From an uncultured Bacteroidales bacterium (GTDB lineage Bacteria > Bacteroidota > Bacteroidia > Bacteroidales > Paludibacteraceae): a stretch of 64,000 nt of DNA. Under the pieces are notes generated by a model, which was not told the origin of the DNA, did no database searches, and was given only the letters and a program-made list of their open reading frames with translations. Location: the NCBI GenBank assembly GCA_949282265.1, contig CASDOZ010000005.1:173678-237677 (forward strand), given 5' to 3'. Position 1 is the stretch's first letter. Each line of letters starts with the position of its first letter. Position numbers and translations under genes: made by a program. Below, one piece after another: positions 47,547 to 57,093 of the stretch.

Positions 47547-48629
47547 ATGCAAATAGAACTCAAGAAAATCACCGTTCGCGACCTGACGGCCGGTTATACG
47601 GACAATGCCGAGAACGGCGTATTCGGCTATGGCGGGAAATTGGACATCCGCCCGCCTTACCAACGTGAATTTATCTACAAGGAAAAACAGCGCAATGCTG
47701 TTATCGACACGGTCGTGCAGGACTTCCCGCTCAACGTCATGTATTGGGCAACACGTGAGGACGGCACGTTCGAGGTCATTGATGGCCAACAGCGCACCAT
47801 CAGCATTTGCCAATATGTCAATGGCGACTTTGCCTTCGACATGCGCTACTTCCACAACCTGCAAACCGATGAACAGGAACAAATTCTGGACTATGAACTG
47901 ATGGTTTACGTTTGCAGCGGTTCCGACAGCGAAAAGCTGCAATGGTTCAGAACCATCAACATTGCCGGGGAAAAACTTACCGAACAAGAATTGCGCAACG
48001 CCGTATATTCCGGCCCGTGGGTGAGCGATGCCAAACGCTATTTCAGCAAGAACGGTTGCGCGGCATACGGCATGGCAAGCAAATACATGAGCGGTTCCCC
48101 TATCCGCCAAGACTATCTGGAAACGGCCATCGACTGGCTCTCTGGCGGAAACATAGAAGTGTATATGGCCAACCACCAACACGATGCAAACGCCAATGAA
48201 CTATGGCTTTATTTTACATCTGTCATTAATTGGGTGAAAATACTTTTTCCAAAATACCGGCGCGAGATGCAGAGCGTCCAATGGGGATTCCTATACAACA
48301 AACTAAAATCCAAGCCATTTGATGCCAATTCTTTGGAACAGCAGGTAGCCAAACTAATGAGTGACGACGATGTAACAAAAAAATCAGGCATCTACGAATA
48401 TGTACTCACCGGCAACGAACGCGCCTTGAACATCCGCGCTTTTACGGACAACATGAAACGCGAAGCCTATGAACGGCAACAAGGAAAATGCCCGTTGTGC
48501 AACGGGCATTTTGAGCTTTCAGCCATGGAGGCCGACCACATAACGCCTTGGCATGCCGGCGGCAAAACCATAGCCGGGAACTGCCAAATGCTCTGCCGCG
48601 ACTGCAACCGCCGGAAATCGGGAAAATAA
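47547..48629 (+). CDS. DUF262 (ParB/GmrSD-N-like) domain fused to a C-terminal HNH nuclease
   Basis: DUF262 signatures RPPYQREFIY and VIDGQQRT. The C-terminal HNH reads CPLCNGHF...ADHITPWHAGG...NCQMLCRDCNRRKSGK. It starts 6 nt after the methylase stop. Confidence 0.75.
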   Translation: MQIELKKITVRDLTAGYTDNAENGVFGYGGKLDIRPPYQREFIYKEKQRNAVIDTVVQDFPLNVMYWATREDGTFEVIDGQQRTISICQYVNGDFAFDMRYFHNLQTDEQEQILDYELMVYVCSGSDSEKLQWFRTINIAGEKLTEQELRNAVYSGPWVSDAKRYFSKNGCAAYGMASKYMSGSPIRQDYLETAIDWLSGGNIEVYMANHQHDANANELWLYFTSVINWVKILFPKYRREMQSVQWGFLYNKLKSKPFDANSLEQQVAKLMSDDDVTKKSGIYEYVLTGNERALNIRAFTDNMKREAYERQQGKCPLCNGHFELSAMEADHITPWHAGGKTIAGNCQMLCRDCNRRKSGK

Positions 48630-48670
48630 GCGCGACCGCCTATAAGAAAGCGGTTTCCCCTGGCTGGAAA

Positions 48671-50014
48671 TCATTTGCAGAAACTGCAACTGTCGCACTT
48701 GCTGCCTTCGCCGCGCAGACGTTTCTCCACCAGCAGGCGGATGCGTTCTTTCAGCACATCGACGCGGATATTCTCAATGACATCGTGCACGAAGGCGAAC
48801 ATCAGCAGCAGCCTGGCTTCCTGCTCCGAAATGCCGCGTTGGCGCATGTAGAACAAAGCCGATTCGTCCAGCTGGCCGGTAGTGGCTCCGTGCGAGCACT
48901 TCACGTCATCGGCATAGATTTCCAACTGCGGCTTGGTGCGGATACGGGCGGTCGGCGACAGCAGGATATTGCGGTTGGTCTGGTAGGCAGCCGTTTTCTG
49001 AGCATCTGGTGCCACCTTGAGCAGGCCGTTGAACACGCCCATCGAATTTTCTTCCAGAATATATTTGAACAACTCGTTGCTGCGGCAACCGGGCCGGTTG
49101 TGCATAATGGCCGTCGTGTTGTCTATCAGCTGGTGGCGGCCGCCTACGGTCATGCCGCACAGCATTGTGTCGCAATCTTCGCCGTCCAGGTCAATCTGGA
49201 CCGTGTTGCGCGTAATGCCGTTGTGCAGGGTGATGATATTGGCCAACAGGTTGGAGCCGGCCTGTTGCTGCACGAGCAGCGAACAAATATTGCACATGTT
49301 TTCCGACGTGCTTTCCAGCTTGTAGTGTTCATAGTTGGCATGTGCCCCGAGGAAAACCTCCGTGGTGCGCGTCGAGCAGAAGCGCGCGCCTCCCATTGCG
49401 TGGTCGCACACCAGCAGCTTGGCGGACGCACCCTCTTCCAGCACAATCAGGTTGTGGCTGTTCGCCATAAGGTCGGCATCGGAACGCATGATGTTGACCA
49501 GCTGCACCGGCCGGTCGAGCGTTACACCGGCAGGCACGTACATGAAGAAGCCATCCTGCGCAAACGCGCCGTTAAACGCGACAAACGGGTCGTCCTTGCG
49601 CTCCGCGAGCCTGGACAGGTAGGGTTCCACCAGTTCGGGACGTTCTTCGGAAACCTGTTTGAGGCTGCCAATGATCACTCCGGCGGGCAACTGCTGGGCG
49701 GCTGTCCGTGCATCGGAATAGAACATGTCGTTCACGACAAAATACATGTAGGACTGTATGCCCGGCACATCGCAATGGAACACCTCATACGGATTGACCG
49801 GAAACGCCAGGCGGTTCAGGTTCAGGCCGTAGTCCACGGCAAACACATCACCGAAATCCGTATGGCGGTAGCTTTCCGTGCGGCGCGTCGGGAAACCGCT
49901 GCGGCAAAAACGTTCAAAGAACATGTCGCGGGCGGCATTGAGCGCCGGCGCAGCATTGTTTTTCAGCGTTTCCGCGTATTGTCCGTACAGGTCTATGTAA
50001 GTCTGCTCATTCAT
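48671..50014 (-). CDS. sufD: Fe-S cluster assembly protein SufD
   Basis: 447 aa with C-terminal [29 protein letters not shown]. Overlaps the sufC stop by 4 nt. Confidence 0.9.
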   Translation of the reverse strand: MNEQTYIDLYGQYAETLKNNAAPALNAARDMFFERFCRSGFPTRRTESYRHTDFGDVFAVDYGLNLNRLAFPVNPYEVFHCDVPGIQSYMYFVVNDMFYSDARTAAQQLPAGVIIGSLKQVSEERPELVEPYLSRLAERKDDPFVAFNGAFAQDGFFMYVPAGVTLDRPVQLVNIMRSDADLMANSHNLIVLEEGASAKLLVCDHAMGGARFCSTRTTEVFLGAHANYEHYKLESTSENMCNICSLLVQQQAGSNLLANIITLHNGITRNTVQIDLDGEDCDTMLCGMTVGGRHQLIDNTTAIMHNRPGCRSNELFKYILEENSMGVFNGLLKVAPDAQKTAAYQTNRNILLSPTARIRTKPQLEIYADDVKCSHGATTGQLDESALFYMRQRGISEQEARLLLMFAFVHDVIENIRVDVLKERIRLLVEKRLRGEGSKCDSCSFCK

Positions 50015-50772
50015 ACCGTTTCCTGCTTAATCCAGTCGTAGCCTTTTTCTTCCAGTTCGAGTGCCAGCTCCTTGGTGCCCGTCTTGACGATGCGCCCATC
50101 GTACAGGATATGCACGAAATCAGGAACAATATAATCCAGCAGGCGCTGGTAGTGCGTAATGACAATGCTTGCGTTGTCGGGCGTCTTCAGCTTGTTCACG
50201 CCGTTGGCCACGATACGCAACGCATCGATGTCGAGGCCGGAGTCCGTCTCGTCCAGGATGGACAGCTTCGGCTCGAGCATGGCCATTTGGAATATCTCGT
50301 TGCGTTTTTTCTCGCCGCCGGAAAAGCCCTCGTTCACCGAGCGGTTGGTCAGCTTGTTGTCCATTTCGACCAGTTCCTTTTTCTCGCGCATCAGCCGCAG
50401 GAAATCGGAAGCCGACAACGGCGGCAGGTTGTTGTGCTTGCGGTGTTCGTTCACGGCCGCCCGCATGAAATTGACCATGCTGACGCCGGGTATCTCCACC
50501 GGGTATTGAAAACTCAGGAATATGCCTTCGCGGGCACGCACCTCGGGCGGCATGTCCAGCAGGTTCTTGCCGTTGAACGTAACGCTTCCTTCCGTAACGG
50601 TGAAAGCCGGATGGCCGGTCAGCACCGACGACAAAGTCGATTTGCCGGCGCCGTTCGGGCCCATTATGGCATGTACCTCGCCCGCGTTCACGGTCAGGTT
50701 CACGCCCTTCAATATCTCCTTGCCGTTGATGGCGGCATGCAGGTTTCGTATTTCCAACATCATAGTTTTCAT
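50011..50772 (-). CDS. sufC: Fe-S cluster assembly ATPase SufC
   Basis: LEIRNLHA...GPNGAGKST...[11 protein letters not shown]...[14 protein letters not shown]. Start taken at ATG 50772 (the ORF opens at 50796). Confidence 0.92.
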   Translation of the reverse strand: MKTMMLEIRNLHAAINGKEILKGVNLTVNAGEVHAIMGPNGAGKSTLSSVLTGHPAFTVTEGSVTFNGKNLLDMPPEVRAREGIFLSFQYPVEIPGVSMVNFMRAAVNEHRKHNNLPPLSASDFLRLMREKKELVEMDNKLTNRSVNEGFSGGEKKRNEIFQMAMLEPKLSILDETDSGLDIDALRIVANGVNKLKTPDNASIVITHYQRLLDYIVPDFVHILYDGRIVKTGTKELALELEEKGYDWIKQETV

Positions 50773-51127
50773 GTACTTTTTACAATTCAGGCGCAAAAAT
50801 AATCATTTTTTTCCGAGCACGAAGCATTCCGATGTCCCTTTGTGATAATTCCGCCCGGCAATGCCGCCACGCCGCCACGGCAAAGCAGACAAAACGGGCG
50901 AGAAGCCACTCAAGGCCAGATGGCTCATGGGCACGCGGAAAGAAAGCGGCAGTAAATAAAGCAGCAAGAACCGGAAGCCCAGAACCAGAACAAAGGCACA
51001 GCGACCTAAGGCAGGAAATCCATAAGGGAAAGTCCAGACCGAAAAACCAAATAACGGAGAACATGGTTTATTTTGAACCTTTCAGACATTATATTTATTC
51101 ATAGCTTATTTGGATATACACAATTGT

Positions 51128-51379
51128 TATTTATCCATAAACAATATGATATTGCACATACGCAAGTAGTATTTATCTATAAACAATATCATATTGCGTG
51201 TACGCAAGTAGTATTTATCTATAAACAATATCCTATTGCGTGTACGCAAGTAGTATTTATCCGAAAACAATGTCCTATTGCGTGCACGCAAGCAGTATTT
51301 ATCTATAAACAATGTCATATTGTGCTTGCGCAAGCAGCATTTATCTGCAAACAATGTCCTATTGTGTCTGCGCAAGTAT
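51128..51379. repeat. Tandem array of six exact 42-bp-period units (plus degenerate flanking copies), each with two palindromes
   Basis: Units at 51128, 51170, 51212, 51254, 51296 and 51338. Consensus TATTTATCTATAAACAATRTCMTATTGCGTGYACGCAAGYAG. It contains TTTAT-CT-ATAAA and TTGCG-N4-CGCAA (the unit at 51254 carries the perfect 14-nt palindrome TTGCGTGCACGCAA). Degenerate echoes occur at about 51086-51127 and 51380-51440. Confidence 0.9.
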
Positions 51380-51575
51380 ATTTTATAGAAAAACAAAGCC
51401 AACTTATGCTTATATGCTTATAGTATATGCATAAACAATTTACTTTTTACATAATCCGGATATAATTTATTGTTTGCAGCTTAAATCATGCGTATATAAA
51501 ATTAAAATTCATATATTTGCAGGGAAAACATTATATGCCAAACAGGATTTGCCCATCCTTAACAACCAAACAGCC

Positions 51576-52370
51576 ATGAGAACTGTCACAAACATCCGAA
51601 AAATCGACTTGGGGCATTTGAACCTGAGCGAATACACCAACTTCATGAACCGCGTGCTGGCACTGGTAAACGCAAGCGGTGCAGACAAACTTGGCATTGC
51701 CACGGACGAACTCGCGGCCTTCCAGACCGATGTGGAACTGCTCAACAAACTGCTGAAACAGTCGCAGGCCAACGAGCTGACCATCCAGCTCAGGCAACTT
51801 GACCGGCAGCGCAAAAGCATGATGACCTACATAGCCGGCACCATCCGGAACAGCGCACAGCTACCCATGAAGTCCATGCGGCAGGCCGGACAAGCATTGA
51901 AACTGCCCTTGAAGCCCTACGTGGGCATCGCGCGGCAACCCGCGCAGCAACGGACGGCACAAATCAACAGCCTGCTCCGCGACCTGGGCGGCGACATGGC
52001 AACCCACATGGAAACGCTCGGGCTGTCCGACATGGCAGAGCACTTGCAGCAAACCAACGACTTGTATGCCACGATGACCGACCGGCGCACAGCCACCGAA
52101 GCCGCCAGCCGGCTCGAAAGCAGCCCATCGGCACGGCCGCGCATCAACCTCGAATATGACACGCTCGCACAGATAGCCTTCGCCACCAACCTGCTCCACC
52201 CCACGGCAGAAACGGCCGCCTTTGTGCGCGACCTGAACGCCACCATAGCCGAAACCAAAGCACGCTACAACCTGCGCAAGGCACAAGCCGCTACCGCGGA
52301 AGAACCGGACAGCAGGCCACAGGACAGCACACCAAACACCACCGAAACGGTGGAAACGGCAGAAATATAA
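51576..52370 (+). CDS. Orphan cytoplasmic protein, paralog B (264 aa, acidic/Thr/Pro-rich tail)
   Basis: ATG at 51576 (MRTVTNIRKIDLG...). Homologous to the product of 5801-6649. No signal peptide or TM segment. Confidence 0.7.
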   Translation: MRTVTNIRKIDLGHLNLSEYTNFMNRVLALVNASGADKLGIATDELAAFQTDVELLNKLLKQSQANELTIQLRQLDRQRKSMMTYIAGTIRNSAQLPMKSMRQAGQALKLPLKPYVGIARQPAQQRTAQINSLLRDLGGDMATHMETLGLSDMAEHLQQTNDLYATMTDRRTATEAASRLESSPSARPRINLEYDTLAQIAFATNLLHPTAETAAFVRDLNATIAETKARYNLRKAQAATAEEPDSRPQDSTPNTTETVETAEI

Positions 52371-52388
52371 GGAATGTATAAAAAAAAC

Positions 52389-52428
52389 AAAATCCGCGAG
52401 GACAGCATTTTGTCCTTGCGGATTTTTT
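52389..52428. terminator. Bidirectional intrinsic terminator between convergent genes
   Basis: Stem AAAATCCGCGAGGACA/TGTCCTTGCGGATTTT (one mismatch) with loop GCATTT, flanked by A-runs and T-runs. Confidence 0.75.
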
Positions 52429-52462
52429 ACATTTTGTTCGGCTGCAACGCCGGACTGGCTGG

Positions 52463-55400
52463 TTACAAGCAGATTTTACGGGTCGCCGCCTGGCCGGAAA
52501 GGGTCGTAGCGCGGACAATGTAAACTCCCTGGCCGGGCATCCGGATTTCCGTATCGGCACTTATGGTGCGGGCTGCCAGCAGACGGCCATCCGCGCCCCA
52601 TACTTCCACGCGCGTGCCTTCCTCAACGCCGCGCACCTTGATGTGCCCTGCCCCCGCAACTATTTCCAGACCGGCCGCCGTAAAAAAACTTTGCGGCAAG
52701 GCGGTTACATGCTGCAAATCGGGCAAAGCATCCGTATCCACGCCATATTCGGCAAAGGGGTCCCAGCCATCCGTTCCTTTTGTCCAGTTGGACAAGGTGA
52801 AATCAACGCCATCGGCCGTGCGCGGCTCGGTGAAAACAGTGGCCCAGGCCACACGTCCCGCAATGGGAGTGTCGCAATCATACTCACCGCAACGTGCACT
52901 CTCGCCGCTCAATCCGCTGTTCCAGCCTGCTGCGGCAATCAAGCTCTCTCCACGATAATCGCCAGCAACACCATTGTAAGCAGAAGTATCCACATAACAA
53001 GCGGCAAAGATGGCTTCTGCTGTATTGGCCGCCCACGGACGTCCCCACAAAGCAGGTTTAGAACCGTTGACTGAAGCAGTCTCTATCTCCGGTACAGCGG
53101 AAATAACGCTGCATTCATAGAAGAACATGCCGCGCGCGCCCGCATTTGTTTTCGGCGCGGTAATGTAAGCCACATCATCTTTGTCGTCCGCCGTGTTGAG
53201 CACAAGGTCGGTCTGGTAACAAGCCAGGTTCATTTCACCGAACAGGTAGTCGCACGCACCCATCAGCGCACCTTTGTAACATGCCACGCGGCCTTCTGCC
53301 CCGTAGAACGAATCCTGGCGGCCAATGACGCGGCAGTTGTTCAGGAAAGTGCGGTCGGCCGTCTTGGCCGTGGCGAATGCCGCCGCGCGCTCGCGGTACG
53401 AACGTTGCTGCACTTCCGTGTTGCCAACCGTAACAGGACGTGCGCCCTTGCTTCCATCGGCTTCATATACGACGTCGGCGGCCTCCTTGGCCGAAATATA
53501 CTGGTTGTAGGAATTTTCAAATATGATATTCTCCGCATAAAAATCCTTGCCTTCGATGACCACAGTCGCGTTCCAATAAGTCGTGCCGGAGCCACCGCCG
53601 TTCACGACACTTGCATAGCCGTTTTCCTTGTTCACCTGCAAGGTGCGCGCATCCCATTTGTAGTCGCTGCCCATACTGGCGTAGTTGTAGCCGTGGCCGT
53701 AATAGCTTGTAATGCGGACGGCGTTTTCGTCAATGTCCACGCCTGCGTTTTTAATGGCAATTGACGGCGTGGCCGATGCATTCACCATGCGGATGCTGTC
53801 CATATCGATGACCAGCATTTCCTCGTAGTTGCCCGGATCTATCATGATGGTAACGCTCTCGTTATTCGGCCGCTCCATCTTGCGGATAGCCGCAAGCGCA
53901 TCGTTGATGGTCTGGTAGTCCTTGTCCGCACCCACGGTAACCGTCGGGGCATAGGGCAACACTTCCACAAACTCTATGGAGGCTATATAAGTGGTCGTCG
54001 CGCCGCCTACCGTTATGTCGGCATAGCCTGCCGCACCCGAATACGACAAAGACAGGGTCTGATTTTTACCGTCAGGTTCCCGCAAGTACTGTTCCCCGTT
54101 GAAGGTTATGTCCCACGAATAGCCCACCGCGACTTTGATAATGCCCGGCCCCGAAACGGGTACGGAAATAGTCAGGTTGGCTGCCTGGCTGCCGTAACTG
54201 CTACCGTGGTATTTGAATTTGCCGCCTTCGGCAAGCGTATAAACCAACCCCGAACACGGGTTCTTGACATTGTTCGACGCATCGTAATTATTCGTGTCCT
54301 TGAAGTCCCAGCTCGTTATGGCGGTGGTGAAATCGATGGTTTTTGTAACCGCCGCACCATCCACGTGCAGGTTGGAAGTAAGCATTTGCGTGAATGCACC
54401 GCTGTTTTCCACCTTGACACTATACACGCCATCGCGCAGGGCAATCGCATCCGGACCGGTAAAGGTGTACACATAACCTTCCTCGTTCAAGTTGGTGAAT
54501 ATGAAGGTGGCCGCCGCCAAATCTTCCAGCGACGCGCCGGTCGGGTTGATGGTCACGGTGTAAACCGGCTTGGCCGTGAAAGGCAAGTCCAGCGTGCCAT
54601 CGGCTGTTGCCGAAAGCGTAGTTTTATCCAAATTATAATCATTCACGTTCAGGGCGGCTACGCCATATTCCACCCCGTTTTCCAACTGCAGGGAGAAAGT
54701 TCCGGCAGTACGGTCCAGTTCAATTTCCGGCATATAGGTCTTGTCGTCCGGTTTGCTGAACACGAATTCGACCTTGGCCAACTGTTCGGCCGGCAGTCCG
54801 CTGACATTGCCGGACACAGTGACCAAATCAACGCCGGTAATGGTAATATTATGTGTAAAGGATTCGATACCATCGGCCAGGGAGCACAAATCTTCCGTAA
54901 CCACATAGCCGTTGGCATTCAGCAAACCGACCTCATAATCGTAGCCGGCCGCCAGCTCGACGCTGTACGCGCCATCAGCCGGTGTTGCCGTGGCGCTCCA
55001 GCCGGTCGTCCGGTTGGTGAACTGCAACTGGTATCCTGCGGGGATATCGGTCGGTGCAGTTACCGTTCCGCTGACTGCAACCGGCTGCGCCGGATAACGG
55101 AGCACACGTGCTATCACCAATTTTTCGTTTATGCAATAGATTTTATGTTCACCGGCTTCGCTTACGTAGAATGTCAGTTTTTCCGCCTTGGCTGCGTTTG
55201 TAAATTCTCCCGTCTGGATTTTGCCGCCCGGCGATGCAAACTCGTAAGTGGCCGCACTCGTATTGGAGCCGACCCAGAACTCAACTTTGTCGTTCGGTTC
55301 ATAAGTGGATGCCAGGTACACGTTTGATGTACTGCTGGAATTGGAATAGAGATAACCTGTATATTCGTTTTTGGCAGCGTCTTTCAAAGATTTGTTGTCA

Positions 55401-55714
55401 TAGCGCGTCAGGGCTGTGTTCGTAGTCCGATAACGGTGATGCGCTTTTCCGCCATCATAAAAACGGATATTGCAGCTGTCGCTTGCCGTCCATGCCCCCA
55501 TTTGCACCCCCGATGTACCGGGAGTCTCATCCGGAAACCAGCTGTTGATTTCATCGACACTCAGCATGTTTTCATACGTTTGTGTATCCAACAGTTCCGC
55601 ACCGAAATCCCACACCTGCACTTTTGGAGCAGCAGTCGTCGTCGCGAATGTACCGAACATGGCTGCCGCCAGACACAGGCAAAAACGTGTTTTCAAGTAA
55701 ATCTGTGTTTTCAT
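52463..55714 (-). CDS. Large secreted CE8 pectin methylesterase-like protein with N-terminal beta-sandwich repeats and T9SS C-terminal domain
   Basis: CE8 motifs DPGNYEE (GxYxE), GRQDSFYG (QDTL-like), CDYLFG (DFIFG-like) and WGRPW. The C-terminus (VEVWGADGRLL...GVYIVRATT...) is T9SS-CTD-like. Start at ATG 55714 with a signal peptide. Confidence 0.8.
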   Translation of the reverse strand: MKTQIYLKTRFCLCLAAAMFGTFATTTAAPKVQVWDFGAELLDTQTYENMLSVDEINSWFPDETPGTSGVQMGAWTASDSCNIRFYDGGKAHHRYRTTNTALTRYDNKSLKDAAKNEYTGYLYSNSSSTSNVYLASTYEPNDKVEFWVGSNTSAATYEFASPGGKIQTGEFTNAAKAEKLTFYVSEAGEHKIYCINEKLVIARVLRYPAQPVAVSGTVTAPTDIPAGYQLQFTNRTTGWSATATPADGAYSVELAAGYDYEVGLLNANGYVVTEDLCSLADGIESFTHNITITGVDLVTVSGNVSGLPAEQLAKVEFVFSKPDDKTYMPEIELDRTAGTFSLQLENGVEYGVAALNVNDYNLDKTTLSATADGTLDLPFTAKPVYTVTINPTGASLEDLAAATFIFTNLNEEGYVYTFTGPDAIALRDGVYSVKVENSGAFTQMLTSNLHVDGAAVTKTIDFTTAITSWDFKDTNNYDASNNVKNPCSGLVYTLAEGGKFKYHGSSYGSQAANLTISVPVSGPGIIKVAVGYSWDITFNGEQYLREPDGKNQTLSLSYSGAAGYADITVGGATTTYIASIEFVEVLPYAPTVTVGADKDYQTINDALAAIRKMERPNNESVTIMIDPGNYEEMLVIDMDSIRMVNASATPSIAIKNAGVDIDENAVRITSYYGHGYNYASMGSDYKWDARTLQVNKENGYASVVNGGGSGTTYWNATVVIEGKDFYAENIIFENSYNQYISAKEAADVVYEADGSKGARPVTVGNTEVQQRSYRERAAAFATAKTADRTFLNNCRVIGRQDSFYGAEGRVACYKGALMGACDYLFGEMNLACYQTDLVLNTADDKDDVAYITAPKTNAGARGMFFYECSVISAVPEIETASVNGSKPALWGRPWAANTAEAIFAACYVDTSAYNGVAGDYRGESLIAAAGWNSGLSGESARCGEYDCDTPIAGRVAWATVFTEPRTADGVDFTLSNWTKGTDGWDPFAEYGVDTDALPDLQHVTALPQSFFTAAGLEIVAGAGHIKVRGVEEGTRVEVWGADGRLLAARTISADTEIRMPGQGVYIVRATTLSGQAATRKICL

Positions 55715-55741
55715 ATCATTGTGTATTATGTTTTTCGGGCG

Positions 55742-55749
55742 CAAAAGTA
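55742..55749 (-). promoter_or_regulatory. -7 box (TACTTTTG on minus strand) for the CE8 gene
   Basis: Matches TAnnTTTG and lies about 28 nt upstream of the ATG at 55714. Confidence 0.45.
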
Positions 55750-55848
55750 CGGACACACGTACAATGGCATGTGCAAAATTTGTCGGTTTAGAAGCAATTA
55801 TTTGCCATCCGTCGCATTAGTTGGCCCGGGCAAGGAATACATGCTGCA

Positions 55849-57093
55849 CTATCCCTGCTTGGGCTGCCAACGCATCACATTGGCAGGCGGACGCTTGTTG
55901 GCAAGCTCCAGTGCCATAAATTCCAAATAAGGTTCGGCATAGGCAAAGAAACGGTAATAGCCGCGGCACAGGAAATTCAAGCCCTCCTCGCCATTCACAT
56001 CGGCATCAATGCGGTTTTTCGGACATTCGCCGTTGCAGAGTTTCAAATATTTGCACTGCCTGCACTGCGTGGGCAACTTGTCGTGCTTGTCCTGCCCGAA
56101 ACGGATTTGTCCAGGATCCATCATCATTTCCATAAATGATTTCGTCTTGATATTCCCCAACTTGAATTCCGGGAACACAAAATGGTCGCAGGCATACACA
56201 TCGCCATTGAACTCCATGGCTGCCGCATGACCGCACGTAGGCGCGAACACGCACACACCAGGCATTGCGCCCACGTAATTCGCTAGCGCGGCATCAAAAA
56301 GCTGCACGTAATATTCACCCACATCCTGCCTGACCCATTCCTCGAAAATATCGATGTAAAATTGTCCGAACGCATCCGGGTTCACCGTCCACGGAGCCAA
56401 GTCGGCCGTAATGCGCTCCTCAGGCGGCAACAGCCGCAAATGGTCAGGCCGTTCATCGGAAAGACGCTCCACTATCGGCGAAAACTGCATGTAATGGCTG
56501 CCAATGTCTTTCATAAAATGATAGACATCAAGCGCATAACGTGCATTGTAGTCGTTTATCACCGAAAGCGTGTTGAACTCGACACCGTGTTTCTGCAACA
56601 GCTCTATGCCGCGCATCACCTGCCGGAACGTAGGCCTGCCGCCCTTGTTCTTGCGATAAACATCGTGGCAGTGCTCGGGCCCGTCAATCGAAATGCCTAT
56701 CAAAAAATTATTATCCTTGAAGAAACGGCACCACTCATCAGTCAGCAATGTCCCATTTGTCTGCAAGACATTTTCTATCTGCCTGCCGCGGCCATATTTT
56801 TGCTGGTACATCAAGGCTTTCCGGTAAAACGAAATGTCGCGCAACAGCGTTTCCCCGCCATGCCACGTGAAAAGCACATGCGGCGTCGGCTGGCACTGGA
56901 TATAATTCCGGACAAAATATTCCAACAACTCATCCGACATTTGATGATGCTTCCTGTTCGGATAAAGTTTGTCCTTCTCCAAATAATAACAATAAGCGCA
57001 ATTCAGGTTGCAGGCCGCGCCAGCCGGTTTAGCCATCAGGTAGAGCGGCATGGAAAGCGGTTCGATATAAAGTGTCTTGGACATGTGCGACAT
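55849..57093 (-). CDS. Anaerobic sulfatase-maturating enzyme-type radical SAM/SPASM protein
   Basis: CNLNCAYCYY (CxxxCxxC) near the N-terminus, FTWHGGETLL, and a C-terminal Cys-rich SPASM region (CRQCKYLKLCNGECPKNR). Confidence 0.85.
   Translation of the reverse strand: MSHMSKTLYIEPLSMPLYLMAKPAGAACNLNCAYCYYLEKDKLYPNRKHHQMSDELLEYFVRNYIQCQPTPHVLFTWHGGETLLRDISFYRKALMYQQKYGRGRQIENVLQTNGTLLTDEWCRFFKDNNFLIGISIDGPEHCHDVYRKNKGGRPTFRQVMRGIELLQKHGVEFNTLSVINDYNARYALDVYHFMKDIGSHYMQFSPIVERLSDERPDHLRLLPPEERITADLAPWTVNPDAFGQFYIDIFEEWVRQDVGEYYVQLFDAALANYVGAMPGVCVFAPTCGHAAAMEFNGDVYACDHFVFPEFKLGNIKTKSFMEMMMDPGQIRFGQDKHDKLPTQCRQCKYLKLCNGECPKNRIDADVNGEEGLNFLCRGYYRFFAYAEPYLEFMALELANKRPPANVMRWQPKQG

Noticed and set aside
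48548-50041. Long antisense ORFs opposite real genes (497 aa opposite sufD; also 42532-43551 opposite murA, 9943-11097 and 12450-13535 opposite the GH5 genes, 5969-6787 opposite paralog A, 8905-9708)
   Set aside because: Each lies fully inside a confidently identified gene on the other strand. Their Arg/His/Val/Gln-rich compositions are odd and they show no recognisable motifs. Long open antisense frames are expected in GC-biased coding DNA.
50780-51064. 94-aa hydrophobic ORF (minus strand) just upstream of and overlapping the sufC start
   Set aside because: It overlaps sufC out of frame and has no recognisable family or clear promoter. It lies in a purine/pyrimidine-skewed spacer. A real small membrane protein cannot be excluded, but there is insufficient support.
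51128-51379. Possible CRISPR array (also considered for 6803-7084)
   Set aside because: The repeats are directly abutting with no unique spacers. The period (42-44 bp) equals the repeat length. No cas genes are in the window.
51073-51423. 116-aa ORF with a striking 14-residue repeat (..HTQVVFIYKQY.IAC..)
   Set aside because: It is simply the translation of the 42-bp tandem DNA repeat (42 = 14 codons). The opposite strand gives an equally periodic ORF (51127-51402). There is no start context or coding signal beyond the repeat.
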